A stretch of 63,680 nucleotides of DNA, filler included, from Reticulomyxa filosa (lineage: Eukaryota > Protista > Foraminifera), in assembly GCA_000512085.1 (NCBI GenBank). It is 22 parts of 22 records of this genome, joined end to end, with 100 filler letters (N's around TTAATTAATTAA, not from the genome) between each part and the next. Parts side by side here need not be neighbours in the genome. Positions count along the whole stretch, not along the records: positions 47,273 to 49,968 come from ASPP01003718.1; positions 50,069 to 53,797 come from ASPP01010816.1; positions 53,898 to 55,158 come from ASPP01010460.1; positions 55,259 to 59,777 come from ASPP01003916.1; positions 59,878 to 60,877 come from ASPP01044765.1; positions 60,978 to 62,243 come from ASPP01023072.1; 16 more parts are not named here. One strand, 5' to 3'. The notes under the pieces were generated by a model. It worked only from the letters and a program-made list of their open reading frames with translations, had not been told where the DNA came from and made no database searches. Below are positions 48,035 through 60,993 of this stretch, piece after piece. The position numbers and the translations under genes are program-made. Within the stretch, counting starts at the first letter, position 1, and each line of letters begins with the position of its first letter.

Positions 48035-49968
48035 ATGAACATCATTCAATCGCAACAAAAACAAAAACAACTCTTGAACGAGTCGGTTGAACCCGAGATA
48101 GAAAGAAGTGCTGAAAGCTGTCTGGCTGAAAATGCAGTTACAACGCCTGCTCCAATTGGGTTTATTTTTCGTAATGATTATATAAATTTAACCAATGGGT
48201 CGTCCCCAGTTGCGGATTGTCCCCAAAAAATTTGGATTCAATTTTTCGCAAAACCTTATGCGATTCAACAAAGAGCATTCCAAAAAAAGTAACACAACCA
48301 TTCGATAGCGATAAGGTACTGAAAGAAAGGTGCCAAAACTCGAACAACGTATTATCAAATAGGGTAATGGGTCTAGCCCAAAAAGGAAGTAACGAAAAAG
48401 TTGATATCAACGTTGGAAAAATTCCCAACGACGTGAACAAAGAAAACATTCTTTCAACTGTTTTATCATCAAAAACTCTTCCTGCTTATCCGGACGAAAC
48501 CTTTTGCGTTAGGCCACAGTTAGAACATGCAAAAGAGCGAAATGCAAGCATACCCACATCACCACCAAATATAATGGTTGATAAGGTCGAAGTGGGAAGA
48601 GGCAAAAAGACCCCTGGAACAGATTGTGCACAGAAAGAGTTGGAAACCATTGACGATATTCAGATTATCGCACCGGGAAATCGCGCGCAAGCATCGGTAA
48701 CATCCACAGGAATATCCCTGCAACAGCAGCCTGTCAACAAATGGCTAGCAAGATCCCCAATCGAATTTCCACCAAAGAAAAGACCCAAATCACGTGGAAG
48801 AAGGCCTCCAAGCAAGAAAAACTCCAGTAAAATAATCGACCTGGACCATGACGATGCCTCCCAACCAGTTTCAACGTTGACAACTCTCCCCAAAGGCACC
48901 TGCGTATTATATACATGCCACAGAGAAGGAGGCCATTCAATTGTTGTCATCCCCGACGAGAAACCGAGACACGTGCCAAGAAAACTTGGAAAATCGTCGG
49001 TCTTTCCGACGTTGCATAAAATACCACTATGCAATCAACAACATCAACATAAACATACGTGCATAGCATCAACTAAACAGTGCAAAAGCGACTTGAAATC
49101 AGCTGTGGTCTCGGAACTTACGGTGGATGGTATCAATATAAATGCCCCGCAACAAATGCGATCCTTTTGCAGGTTGTCTTCGACACAAAGAATACATACG
49201 TCAAAATCGTCGACGACAATACAATATCAACGAACATCATACATTCAATCAACGGAGATTAATCATAAATGTGGAATTTTTTGAGCAGGCAATTAGCTCA
49301 AATATTAAAGCGCTGATGCAAGGGCATTCGTCGACAATATATTCATATGGAGCACAATTAATTGCTGGAGACGCATCGGAAGAAAGTATTCAAAGTTCCC
49401 TCCTGTTTCAGGCAATAGATTCGATTTCAAATAATTGCCAAGCGACTTCCTTCACAGTGTCCGTCTCGGCTGTTGAATTTTATGGCACAAACGCAGCAAA
49501 AACCAAAGCTTTTGACTTATTGAATCGCGAGAATGCACTCGCATCAACAATTGATGAAAAGAGATGCGTAATATCGATGAAATTAAAGATCGAGCCTCAA
49601 CAATAACGTTGATAAGGAAGATTACCAAAGCATCCCATAACCATCCTTTCGTCATCCAGAGGACACATTATATTTGACATCCAATTGTCGCAGACCTTCA
49701 TCCTAAACAACACAAGTGTTTCGCAGATGAAAAGTGAGCTAATCGTTGTCGACATGGCGGGACATCAAATAGATAGAATCAAAGAAGTCAAACATCCAAT
49801 TGGAAATGAAAATGTTGAACTTCATGTATTGTCGCTAACTTAGTCATCTTCCGTGACCTCCTCAAAAGTACAATCAACCAAATAACTTTCAAAAATATTT
49901 CAAAAAATGAATGGCAAAAGCACATCACTTCGTCCATTAGTAAAGCTTCTTCCATCGAGTGACGAGTC
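48035..49968 (+). pseudogene. Kinesin-like pseudogene (long N-terminal extension, degenerate motor domain)
   Basis: MRSFCRL (beta1), ALMQGHSSTIYSYG with the P-loop lost, FTVSVSAVEFY, SSRGHIIF (switch I), LIVVDMAG (switch II); several frameshifts and stops. Confidence 0.72.
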
Positions 49969-50191
49969 NNNNNNNNNNNNNNNNNNNNNNNNNNNNNNNN
50001 NNNNNNNNNNNNTTAATTAATTAANNNNNNNNNNNNNNNNNNNNNNNNNNNNNNNNNNNNNNNNNNNNAAATAATAAGTACATTAAGACAATCAAAAACA
50101 CTAAGCCCTCTCGTGTATACAGCTGAGAGTAGAGCCCCAAAAAAAAAAAAAAAAAAGAACAAAGAATAGTGACAATAGAAAGAAAAGCAAA

Positions 50192-51827
50192 TCAGGGCTG
50201 GAATTGGAACAGTGCTTTGTTTTGTTGCAAAGAAGCGTCAAAGGCATTGGAGAGCCCTTCGACTTGGTTGTAGTCAACACCTGGTTCAATGTGGTGTTTT
50301 TCTCCGAAAAAGTAATGAAGAAACGACACGACAATGCGACAAGCCTATTCGGATAAATGTTCATTGGATTGCAGTTCCTCCAATACCGTCAATCCATCGC
50401 ATTGTTCAAGTTTGTTACAATAGACTGTAGGATTCGTTTCTTCTCCAGTTCCGCAAATATGGATCAGTGCTTCAAGTATCACCACTACTATGTGGTCCAC
50501 TAACAGTGTGCTGTTCATATTGAATTCTTTCAAATAGTTTATCAATGTCTCGATTACACCTTTGACAGAAACACGTATACGTATACGTATTTTTATTTAC
50601 TTAGTTATTCATTCATAATGTTGGTAAAAGCAAAAAAAAAAAAAAAATACCAGCGTCGACCAAGAGCTGTACGTTGGAGACAGAAGCATCACATGAGGCA
50701 TTGGCCAACGCAATAATGGCTTCCTTTCGCACCAATTGGATGTCCTGTTTTGATATTGTGATCAACGTGGACAGCAAGTTGTCTCTTTGCAACGCCATGG
50801 TTTTGTGTTCGTTGTTGCCTGCCAACACGTTGACAACACCCAGCATCCTTGTCTCCGATATTCGTCCGTCGGATTGTGCAATAGAAACATCAGACAATCA
50901 AACAGCTCGTTGCGTAACAATTCGTCACATTGTTGATTGGTTCCTTTTTTTTTGCGTTTTTTATAATCATTGCAACGTATACACATAAACAATTAAAGAA
51001 AAGAAATACGTATACGTATATACAAAAAAAAAAATATATATATATGTATATATTTATATAAATTGCTGTTGTTATATTGTTGTAATGAAACAAAACCAGC
51101 GGAAATTTGTCCAAACAAGCGAACGCTGGCGGATAAAAGAGCAGTCGGACAATGTTCGGCTTTGGCCAAATGCTGGAACATGGAAGACAAAAGATTGGTG
51201 TCGATGATCAATTGGACGACGTCTTCGTCATTGCAGCAACAGCCCACGACGTCGTTCTTTGTAATGGCAAACGATGCTGACGACAAGGATGAAGATGAAG
51301 AAGGAGAAGCGGAAGAGGAAGGAGAAGAAGAAGAGGATATCAACGACAATGACGACAATGAGGACGAAGAAGAAGAAGAAGAAGAAACGAAAGACGCTAA
51401 ATGATGTTCATGATCACTGATGAACCATAAGATATACGTAATCTCGACCAAAATGGAATAACAAATGTCTACGTCATTATCTTTGTTATTGTTATTGTTG
51501 TTTCCGTGGACAGAGGGACCAATTTCCGTGTCGATTACAGTTGCAGTTGCAGTTGCAGTTGCAGCTGCAGTGAGTTTGGTGGTAATGTCTTTGTACAGCT
51601 GTGCCAAAGGGTCAATCATAGCCAACAAGCGCTTCAAATGGCATTGCATCTGTCGTTCATCATTGTACCCGTGCAAGGCAATATGCACCGACCCGCGTGT
51701 CAAGTTGCCCAAGGCCCAAACAAAGCTATCTTGAACATTGATTGGAACTAATAATATATTTTCTAAAATGAACTCCAACACGTTAGTCTATTGTATATAT
51801 AAACATATACAATATATGTTTATATAT

Positions 51828-51865
<38 letters not shown>

Positions 51866-52556
51866 CGTAAAGTAACTTGCAAAATGTGATCCCGATATTG
51901 TGCACAGTCACTGGTGATATTAGCCAATCCCCAAACGACCATGTCGATAATGGAGTTGTCGGTCGAATGTGCGAGGACGTGGAGAAGTGCTTGGATGGCT
52001 CCAAGTTTGCACACTTGCGCGGTCCATGCACTCGGCCCACTTGCGATGTGAGCTACGCTCCAGACGCACTCGTATTGCAGCTTTGTCTTCGAACAGTCTT
52101 TCAGCAACACAAGGAGCCTCGGCACAATGGTCGAGTCCCAAATGCATTCCAACGATGATTCTTCTTCCTCTTCCGCTGTCGATAACAGCTGTCGAATTCC
52201 ATGGGCTCCTGTCCAATGCTCGCTTTCATCTTTTGACTGCAACTGCGTCTCACACTTTCGAATAACCATTTCTATCGCTTTTCTTTTTTCATCGCTTTGT
52301 GATCTCCCTCCGTCTTTCGTCTTCTTTTCCTCTTGTTTTCTTCCTCCCTCCGTTTTTGTCCGCTGTCCTTCATCGATCCTTTTTTCCCGTCGCTACCTCC
52401 TGGCTCTACTCTTTTTCCTCGACGCCGTTTACGCCTATGCTCCGTACGCACTTGCTTTCGCAGGTCCCATCGCTCTTCCTGCCGCTTTCGGCGAAGTGTG
52501 TTATGTTCTAGTCCTTTTGAAAAATCCCGACGGGTGTCTTGCGTTTTTGGAAACAT
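50192..52556 (-). pseudogene. Divergent importin alpha (IBB + ARM repeats) with a frameshift and an in-frame TAG
   Basis: IBB RRKRQEERWDLRK; LQYECVWSVAHIASG; VVWGLANITSDCAQYRD; RKEAIIALANA; C-terminal FQF. 1-nt frameshift near 50833 and TAG at 50345-50347. Confidence 0.8.
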
Positions 52557-53077
52557 CTTGTTCTGTTTTAGCTCCTTCCTCAAGAGTGCAATCCTCAAGC
52601 AATTATCTCTTTTTTTTTTTTCAAAAATGCCAATATTGCTTTTTTTACAAGTCAAATGTCCCAAAGTTTGTTGCTAATAGTTTCTTTTTAAAAATATTCG
52701 CCCTTTTTTTTTTTGTTTTCTCGCGTTTTAGGGGAACTTGCCTTTTTCAAAATCAAAAAACTAAACGAGAGACCACAATAATTTTTACAATTGCATATAC
52801 TTTTTTTGTTTTTTGCAATATTTTGTATCAACAAATTTAAAAATAACACTCGAAGTTGTTTCGTGGATACACTGGTGTTAGTGGAGAACGGCCTTAAAAC
52901 AATAGCAGCCATTCTTAGTTTGAAGGTGCACAGTAGATTGTCATACTCACAAAACTAGTTTTTTTCTGCTGCCTTTACAAAAGAAATTTTCCTTCAGTTC
53001 AATATTAGTTCACCCCCCCAAAAGAACTTTGACATTACGATTATTTGAACACAAAAGCTTTATTATTAAAAAAAAAG

Positions 53078-53722
53078 ATGAACAAGTTAGAAATTAATAA
53101 CATGAAAGAAAATGAAGAAAAGTATAATTCAGAAGTAAAGGGGGTTGGTTTTGGACGTTCATGTTACAACAAGGACTGGATTTTGCGAACAAATAAATAT
53201 GAAAATATAAATGATTTGATTTGTGTAATTTGCAAAGGAGTGGCGAACAAGGCAATGGAAATAAATTGTCCAGAACATGGATCGTTGGACGAATCACTGA
53301 TAGCAGGAGAAAATTGTTTGAAAGAGTTTTTTAAAAAAAATGGGAATAATTGTCCAATTGGAATGCATAATGGTTGTTTGTATTCGCAAGGGATATTACC
53401 ACAGCGATATATTAATGAATTGAATGTAATGTGTCCATTGCAATTTGAACAAGATTTGATAATGTACAATGAAGATGGTGAAGAAGGAGAAATACCTGGG
53501 ATGTTAATTTGTGATTTTAAAGGAAGATTAGAACAAATACGGAGTCATTTAGAAAATGATTGTCCTTTGCAATTACTAGGCTGTTGGTTTAAGCCCTTTG
53601 GCTGTACTTATCAAAGTTTAAAATATCAAATACAAGATCACTTGATTTCAAATATGCAATTTCATTTTGATTTGATAATGCAGCGATTTGAAATGTTGAA
53701 CAAGACAATTCAAATGAATCAA
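53078..53722 (+). CDS. RING-like/TRAF-type zinc-finger protein, first exon (expanded family)
   Basis: CVICKGVA..CPEH..GENCL..CPI..CPL..CDFKG..HLENDCP..CWFKPFGC..HL..HFDL. Confidence 0.8.
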
Positions 53723-53762
53723 GTATATTAATATATAAATTATAAACATTAAACATTAATAT

Positions 53763-53797
<35 letters not shown>

Positions 53798-53897
53798 NNN
53801 NNNNNNNNNNNNNNNNNNNNNNNNNNNNNNNNNNNNNNNNNTTAATTAATTAANNNNNNNNNNNNNNNNNNNNNNNNNNNNNNNNNNNNNNNNNNNN

Positions 53898-53933
<36 letters not shown>

Positions 53934-55110
53934 GTTATGATTGTGATTATCATTATTATAATGCAGATAACAACAATTGCAATAGCAATAATCGAGATTG
54001 CAAAGTTCGGAATTGGCGAGACGCTTGAAACACAAACGAAATAGATTTTGCGTGAAACGGAACATAAGCCACACACAGAGACAATCCAACAGATTGTCCA
54101 AGGGCAACACCTGGCCAAACTCTTGGATAATACTACCGAGCAGCAGCACTACTGCGCCTGTGAGCAGACACATTGTAACTAGCAGCACTTGCTTGCGAAT
54201 CATCTCTCGCAGTTGCACGTAAAAATACTTTTCCGAATGCATCGCGCCTGTGTTCGTCGCACTCATCGATACCGAGTTCGATCTTCCCCAAAGTCTCATC
54301 GTCCTCGGCTTGGTAAAGCTGATCTCCTCGTGGCCGTGACGAGGAGTGGCTCCAAATCCCACACTGGCTCTAGCTCCAGTGCCAGGAACTCCAAAGCCCA
54401 TGCCAACGCCACCCGTCGGCGTGGTGTTCCAATACGAATAGCTTTTCATCATCTTGGTCGACGGCGTGATGTTAAACTGGTCGGCGGATGACTGGCGCTT
54501 GGTAACGATGACGACAGGACTATCTCTGCCGCTGTTGGGATTGTGCGACGAAGGATGATAATGATAAGAAGAAGCAAGAGGAGGAGGAGGAGGAGGAGGA
54601 GGAGGAGGAGGATAGGGAGGAAGATGAGGTCGTGGCAAGCCAAAGCTTTGTCGGCTTGGATTGGCCGTCGGGGAATTGGAAGGCACCATTCCATTCTGAT
54701 TCCAGTTCACTGAGGGAAATTGCATCAACTCACTCGTCCTCTTTCGGTCAATCACGACGTCCGGAAATGGGCTTTCGTTTTCCTCGTTTGTCTCATTCTC
54801 TATCGTCTTGTTGTGTTCCACATTGCTCTCCCCCTATTGAGTTATCACATTTTTTTAATTGGTTGGTTTGTATGTTTGTTTTAAAGACAAAAAAAAAAAA
54901 AAAAAAAGGGGATATGATCTATAGACGTTCAGTTCAATTATATACATATATGTATATGTATAAAAAAAAAAGGAACCAAGTTGGCATGTTGAGAGTGAGT
55001 CCTGATTGGGGTCAACTCCAAATTGCTCTGCTTCTGATGCAGACCAAGAGGAATCGGTCCATCGTTGCCATATGAAAAGAGATGTACACGAGGTGGGTCT
55101 TCACTTTCTT
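53898..55110 (-). CDS. 7TM GPCR-like protein, long intracellular loop + last two TM helices
   Basis: Pro/Ser-rich loop, then MIRKQVLLVTMCLLTGAVVLLLG and LPLDNLLDCLCVWLMF..LFRLCF (TM6, TM7, helix 8). Confidence 0.6.
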
Positions 55111-55117
55111 GCTGTTG

Positions 55118-55158
<41 letters not shown>

Positions 55159-55258
55159 NNNNNNNNNNNNNNNNNNNNNNNNNNNNNNNNNNNNNNNNNN
55201 NNTTAATTAATTAANNNNNNNNNNNNNNNNNNNNNNNNNNNNNNNNNNNNNNNNNNNN

Positions 55259-56010
55259 ACGTGAGCGTGTTAGAGTGAATCAATTCGTTTGGCGAACATT
55301 TACCATCTCCTTGTTGCGCAAATATCACCTCAACGTCTTTGATCCGTTCATCGAGGCCCAAGTGCAACATTACGCTTACTCGTCGATTCAAATGACAGTC
55401 CGATAAGCATATTCACAAGAGATTGGTTTGTGCAGGTATCTTTTTTGGAGAAGTTTCATATCTTATTGCTTTTCTGCAAGTCAAAAGGCGGCTAATCAAT
55501 TTTTTTGAGATGATCGCTTTTATCACCCAATCAAAAAAAAAAAACAAAGTGTAAAACGATTGCAACGTACACAAAACTCAACAATGTTAGGACGTGCAGC
55601 TGAGTGCAACAATGCAATTGACCCAATATCGAAAGTGACATTGAAAATAAACATGCAGTATTTTATGCGATATGGATATACCGCTTTTCAACCGTGGAAA
55701 TCTTCAATTGTATGAATGGGACAACTATATACAGATATTGGAATGATGGCGCAGATATTGTGATGTCTCCAAATTTGCAAACAAAAATTAATGTAAGAAA
55801 TTGTATGTTATTATAGATACTTTTGGCATTTAATGATATTAGTATATCGGGAAAAGTCAAAGATGGTTTTGTTATGTTTCGCCATTGTATTAGATGGCTA
55901 GGCAATGTGGCAGTCCCTATGATACATTATAAATTTGATTATATGATATGAAGGGATGGCCATTGAGTATTCTTGCACAGAACACTTGTTCTTACTTTTA
56001 TTGGGTTTAA
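55259..56010 (+). pseudogene. PC-esterase/TBL-like pseudogene, paralog of 60278-60877
   Basis: Clear nucleotide similarity to the reverse complement of 60300-60860 (e.g. ataaacatgca..ttttatgcga.atggat, tttcaaccgtgg.aat, tctccaaatttgcaaacaaaaa); frameshifted. Confidence 0.65.
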
Positions 56011-59000
56011 CTGGTTATACTTTTTTCACTTAACTTTTTTTTGTTTTTTTGATCGGATGTTATGTTTTTTTTAAATCAATTTAGTCTTTTTAGTAAAAAG
56101 AATTTTAAAAAAAGATCAACTTTTTCTACATTAAACTATGACGAGTATACAAAACATAGCAAATTGTACTTTCCAACTCGGCATTTCTATAAATCGTTTG
56201 CTACCTGTTTAAAATTTTACAAATATATTCGTTTGCCACAAACTTTTTTTATTTTTATGTTGCTCGTTTGACGTCCTTTCGTTTCAGTGTACTTGGTAGG
56301 GGGCAAACAAATGAGAAAATATTGAGTGGTTATTCTAGCAGCAGCAGGAAATCGTTGTTATTGTTGGTGGCAATGCATGCATTAAATGCATTTGTGGTGA
56401 GGTCAAACGCAAATAATATGAAAACAAGAAATTGCAGCGAGGCGAACAGACAAGTGCACCTCAATCAACAAATCAATATAAACATATTGATAATATCATG
56501 TGACGCTCTGCTAAACCGACAAGCCAACTACGTGTGGAAAAGTGAGCAACGTCTACAATTCTACAACGACATGGCATGCGCATCGGCAGTGCAAATTGTC
56601 AACAATGGGTCAGTGATATTAAATATCAAAATTATACGTATTCTCCAATGCACTCTTATTACAAATTCAAATTATACCAAGAAGGTTTTGCAAACCAAAA
56701 CACCGACTATGAATATATTCGTATCCACATCATATATATCATCGACACTCTACAAATTGACCCACAAATCTGTAACACGCAGGTAAATAACAGTGATAAA
56801 AAAATTAAATAGAAAAAAATGCTCTTGAAAAAAAAGATGTGTACGTATCGCAATAGATAATAAGGGGGGAGGATGTATTGTGCATATTGTGAATTTGATT
56901 TGAAACGATTTTTTAAAAAAACAAAATTAATAGCGTATTGACAAATGGCGAAGTAGAAGAAACGATAGGCACGCCATCATCAAATAGAGCTTGCAATGGT
57001 CAAGAGCAATTATGTTTGCGATCAATCGTTTCAACTGCAACGTCGCTGCGAACAGATACTTCAACCTCCAATACCATCTGCAGCCAATGCAGATTTATTT
57101 TCAAATGTCGCTCGCTGTCCAATTCAATCTCAAACTTTGCCAACTTTTTTGAAAGTATTGCCCAATGCTGCAATGTTATGTTCTTTTTTTTTTTTTTACT
57201 TCATTTTTTTGTTTGACAATAAACAAACAAAAAAAAATTGATAGTGCAACTACGCGGTGCCGTTATTGAATGGAAAATGGATGGACAACACAGACTTTAA
57301 CACGCTGTTCAACCAGCTGCAATTACTGGTACAATGTGACAGAGAGTCAGTCGTTGTCATTCCGTTGTCCAAAAAATCTGCCTTTAATGATAGGGGCGCT
57401 ATTAGCGCAAATGAGGAGACTGGGCGACAACGCATCCGACGAACAAGTCGGTCGTGGCGCCTATACTCTTTTATGCAAATCAGCGCTCAATCCTTAAAGG
57501 CGTGGTTTCTAATGGCACTTAGCCGTCAGCGTGATATATTGCACTCAATGGGCAAATCGACTCGCATTGCAAACAATTACATCTTCCACACACTGCTTCT
57601 AGTCACACACAAACATTTACATTCAATCGCGCAAATACTTCGCGGGTAACAATGGCTTGAACAATTCGTCACAATAGCTCAATCTAAAATGTCGATGATA
57701 TCATTAGATGTTGCCAAGTTATTTTCATTTTTGTTTTTTTATTGTTGTTGCAATAATAGAAATTATTCTTTTGTTTGTTACTTGTGTATAGGAAACACTT
57801 GTGGATCATGCATGGCAGACGATGTGAACAAACAATTGTTTGATTGGAAGAGCATCGAAGAATGAATGTGTATTACCATATACTACTGTGGTTGCAATGC
57901 GAGCGATGTATTGCAATATGGAGCGCCAAGATAAGGTAAAATCTTTTATTTTTCATGTATGTTCAACTTCTAACTATGTTTTGTGTTTATTTACAATAGA
58001 ACATCATCCAAAATGAAAAAAGAAGAACATGGGGTAGAAACCAACCCCCGTCTCCGAAAGGAGAAAAAGAAGGTTTGTTTTAGTGATCTTTTTTTCTAAC
58101 TATGTTCAAATGCTGTATGATTTATGATATAGGTTCCCCCTCCTGCGATAACGTACCACTTATGTCCCCACTATATACACACACACAAAATAACTGGGGT
58201 TGAAATCTACCCCGTATCCAAATAAAAAAAGAAAGGTTTGTATGTTTATATCTATTTATTTATATATTATTTTCTTACATAATTTAATTGCTTGTGATGA
58301 ATAGGAATTCCCCCTTCAAAGAAAAAATTGTGCATATGTATATATTTAATTTGTACTTGTACCCCTCCCTAAAAAAGACAAATGTTTTGAAGTGTTTTAC
58401 ACAGGAAAAAAGAAATTAAATTGTGATCCACTTATCATAGGTATAAATATTTTTTTTTAATTTGTTATTAAAAATTATAAAATGTAACTTTGTTTTTGTG
58501 TAAATAGATATCCGGGCATAAAAACGTATAGGTATGGACATTTTTTCTTAAAATGGTGTTTGGGAAAAAAAGGAATAAAATTGGGTAATAAATGGGGAAG
58601 GAAAAAAGTAATTAATAAGATTGGGAAAAAGAAAAAAACGTAGTATAAAAAAAAAAGATAGAATATTAAATTAAAAAAGTGATAAGAAAAAAGAAAAAAA
58701 AAAGGGCTAGAAAAAAAAAGAATGTTTTTAAAGGAAAAAATAATAAAGAAATAAGTGAAAAAGAAAAAAAAAGAAAATAACAAATGAAAGAGAGAAAAAA
58801 AGAATTGAAAAAAAATTCTATTTGAAATGGTAATTTTTTGTTTTTTTTTTAATTGAAAAAAAATTATTTCTATCCTGCGTGAGAGGATACAACATTAGTT
58901 AAGTGGTATCTTTTTTTTATGTGTGCTTGTTAAAAAAAATAAATCTGAACATACGTATAATATTATAGAAGTTGAACTGCGTATCGTACGCATATCAAGA

Positions 59001-60277
59001 CACAAAGGCAGTATCAAGTGCAAATGACTGCAACGAGAAAGAAGAAAAGAACAACTTCAATTTTGCGAGCGATTCGAACAAAAAGTGTTGGACTGGATAG
59101 TGCATATAAGCAAGATTGAAGGTGATAAAATGGAAAATCTGAAGAATCGAGCACAGTGGCTAATATTTTAATTTGGGATTCATTTTTTGTTATGCTGTTC
59201 GAGATAATAAAAATGTCCAAGTAAACTATTGGTAAGAAGTCGGCAATGCACGAGATTCAATGATTGCAATACAGCCAACAATGACACCGGTTTCATTATA
59301 TGGTTCAATCCAACTGCTGTTCCATTGTATCTAACTTTTGTGTCAATACCAACATCTGGAATTATCAATGCAAAGGAATACACGTGTTCGTTGTTTGCAT
59401 ACAACTCATATGGACATACAATTCAATCTGCTTTACTTCTATAATACAACAATGCGCTTCTGACAGTTTCTCGTGCTCTACTCAATAAAAGCTTTTCCCG
59501 GAAACCAACTCAATTCCATTAATCAAAAATTTACTTGTATTCGTTGTCAAACAAAGAATGCACAATGAGCAACTTACGCTTCCAAGTTATTTCTGCTTAC
59601 GAATTGAACATTACACTCAAAACAATACAAGGCCAAATCCTGTTTCCAAATATCGCCGTCAAAAGGGAAAAGATCAATCGGTTGAATTAAATTCGAAATA
59701 AGTAACTATCTTTATCTTTCTTCAATAATTTACAATTTGTGTTTTATTCATGTATATGTAAATTTAAAACAAAAACTNNNNNNNNNNNNNNNNNNNNNNN
59801 NNNNNNNNNNNNNNNNNNNNNTTAATTAATTAANNNNNNNNNNNNNNNNNNNNNNNNNNNNNNNNNNNNNNNNNNNNACGTGCAGTGCTACCAATACAAT
59901 TGCATACACCCACGATGATCTCATACTGCTTATGAAATATCCAATCATTTGTTAAAAGATTTTTCAATATTTTCTTTTCCGTTTGTCCCCCCCTACTGGC
60001 ACACCGAAAGGAAGAACGTCAAATGAGCCATAAAGCCACTTTACGATAAAAACAAATTTTGTGGCGAACGAGCACATTTATAAAGTGTTAAGTGGATGAT
60101 CTAATAGAAATATCGAGTGGATTGGAAAAATATAATTGTTGTATGTGCGTGTACCATAATTCAAAGCGGAAAAAAAATGGTTCTCATTGAAAACTCTTTT
60201 CAAGTTACTCATCGCTTGTTCACTTAAAAAGACTAAACGGATAAAAAAATATGATCTCCAACCAAAAAAAAAAAAAG

Positions 60278-60877
60278 TTAAATGGAAAAAGCAGGACCAG
60301 TGAGTGCTTCAATGATTTCCAACAAAAGCAAGAACAAGTGTTCGGAGCCGCCAGGCATGCAAAAATGTCCACTGGCCATTCCTCCATCTTTCATATGGTC
60401 AAGCCTCCAATGCATATCGCGGGGATCGCCCCACTGTCTGGTCATGTAAAGCAATGGCGAAATATTGACAAAAACGTCTTTGAATTCATTCGGTATACCA
60501 ATATCATTGAAATACCAAAAGTATCCATGATACACAACGTACAATTTCTTGCCTTTTTTTTTGTTTGCAAATTTGGAGAAATCGCAATACTTGTGTCTCC
60601 ATTCCAATATCTGTCTGTACTCATTCCAAAAGAATTTGTCCCATTCATAATATGGAGAATTCCCACGGTTGAAAACCAGCACATCCATGTCGCATAAAAA
60701 CGCTTGCATGTTTATGTTTAATGTACGATTTCCAGCATCCGGGTCAATTGCGTACGTTGCGTTCAGTCGAACGTCATCGAAGTCAGTTTCCAGCGCCAAC
60801 ACTTTCGAGCTTCGTGTGTGTTTTGTGTATTGTGTACACCGCAATCGTTTTACACTTTGTTCCATTTTTTTTTTTTT
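60278..60877 (-). CDS. SGNH-like PC-esterase / TBL-type O-acyltransferase-like C-terminal exon
   Basis: DVLVFNRG.. and C-terminal SGHFCMPGGSEHLFLLLL, resembling DxxHWCLPG..WNELL. Confidence 0.55.
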   Translation of the reverse strand, partial: KKKKMEQSVKRLRCTQYTKHTRSSKVLALETDFDDVRLNATYAIDPDAGNRTLNINMQAFLCDMDVLVFNRGNSPYYEWDKFFWNEYRQILEWRHKYCDFSKFANKKKGKKLYVVYHGYFWYFNDIGIPNEFKDVFVNISPLLYMTRQWGDPRDMHWRLDHMKDGGMASGHFCMPGGSEHLFLLLLEIIEALTGPAFSI

Positions 60878-60993
60878 NNNNNNNNNNNNNNNNNNNNNNN
60901 NNNNNNNNNNNNNNNNNNNNNTTAATTAATTAANNNNNNNNNNNNNNNNNNNNNNNNNNNNNNNNNNNNNNNNNNNNTTTTTTTGTGTGTTAG

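Noticed and set aside
46210-50347. Ciliate-type genetic code (TAA/TAG = Gln)
   Set aside because: Well-conserved genes in the window end at TAA at the expected positions (MaoC, PPIE-type RRM, nicalin), and the affected loci also carry frameshifts.
56268-57950. Possible dynamin-like or myosin-like pseudogene
   Set aside because: Only faint, frameshifted resemblance; no intact diagnostic motif.
59229-59444. Ig/cadherin-like (He_PIG) fragment
   Set aside because: Short, flanked by stops, and the similarity is too weak to support.
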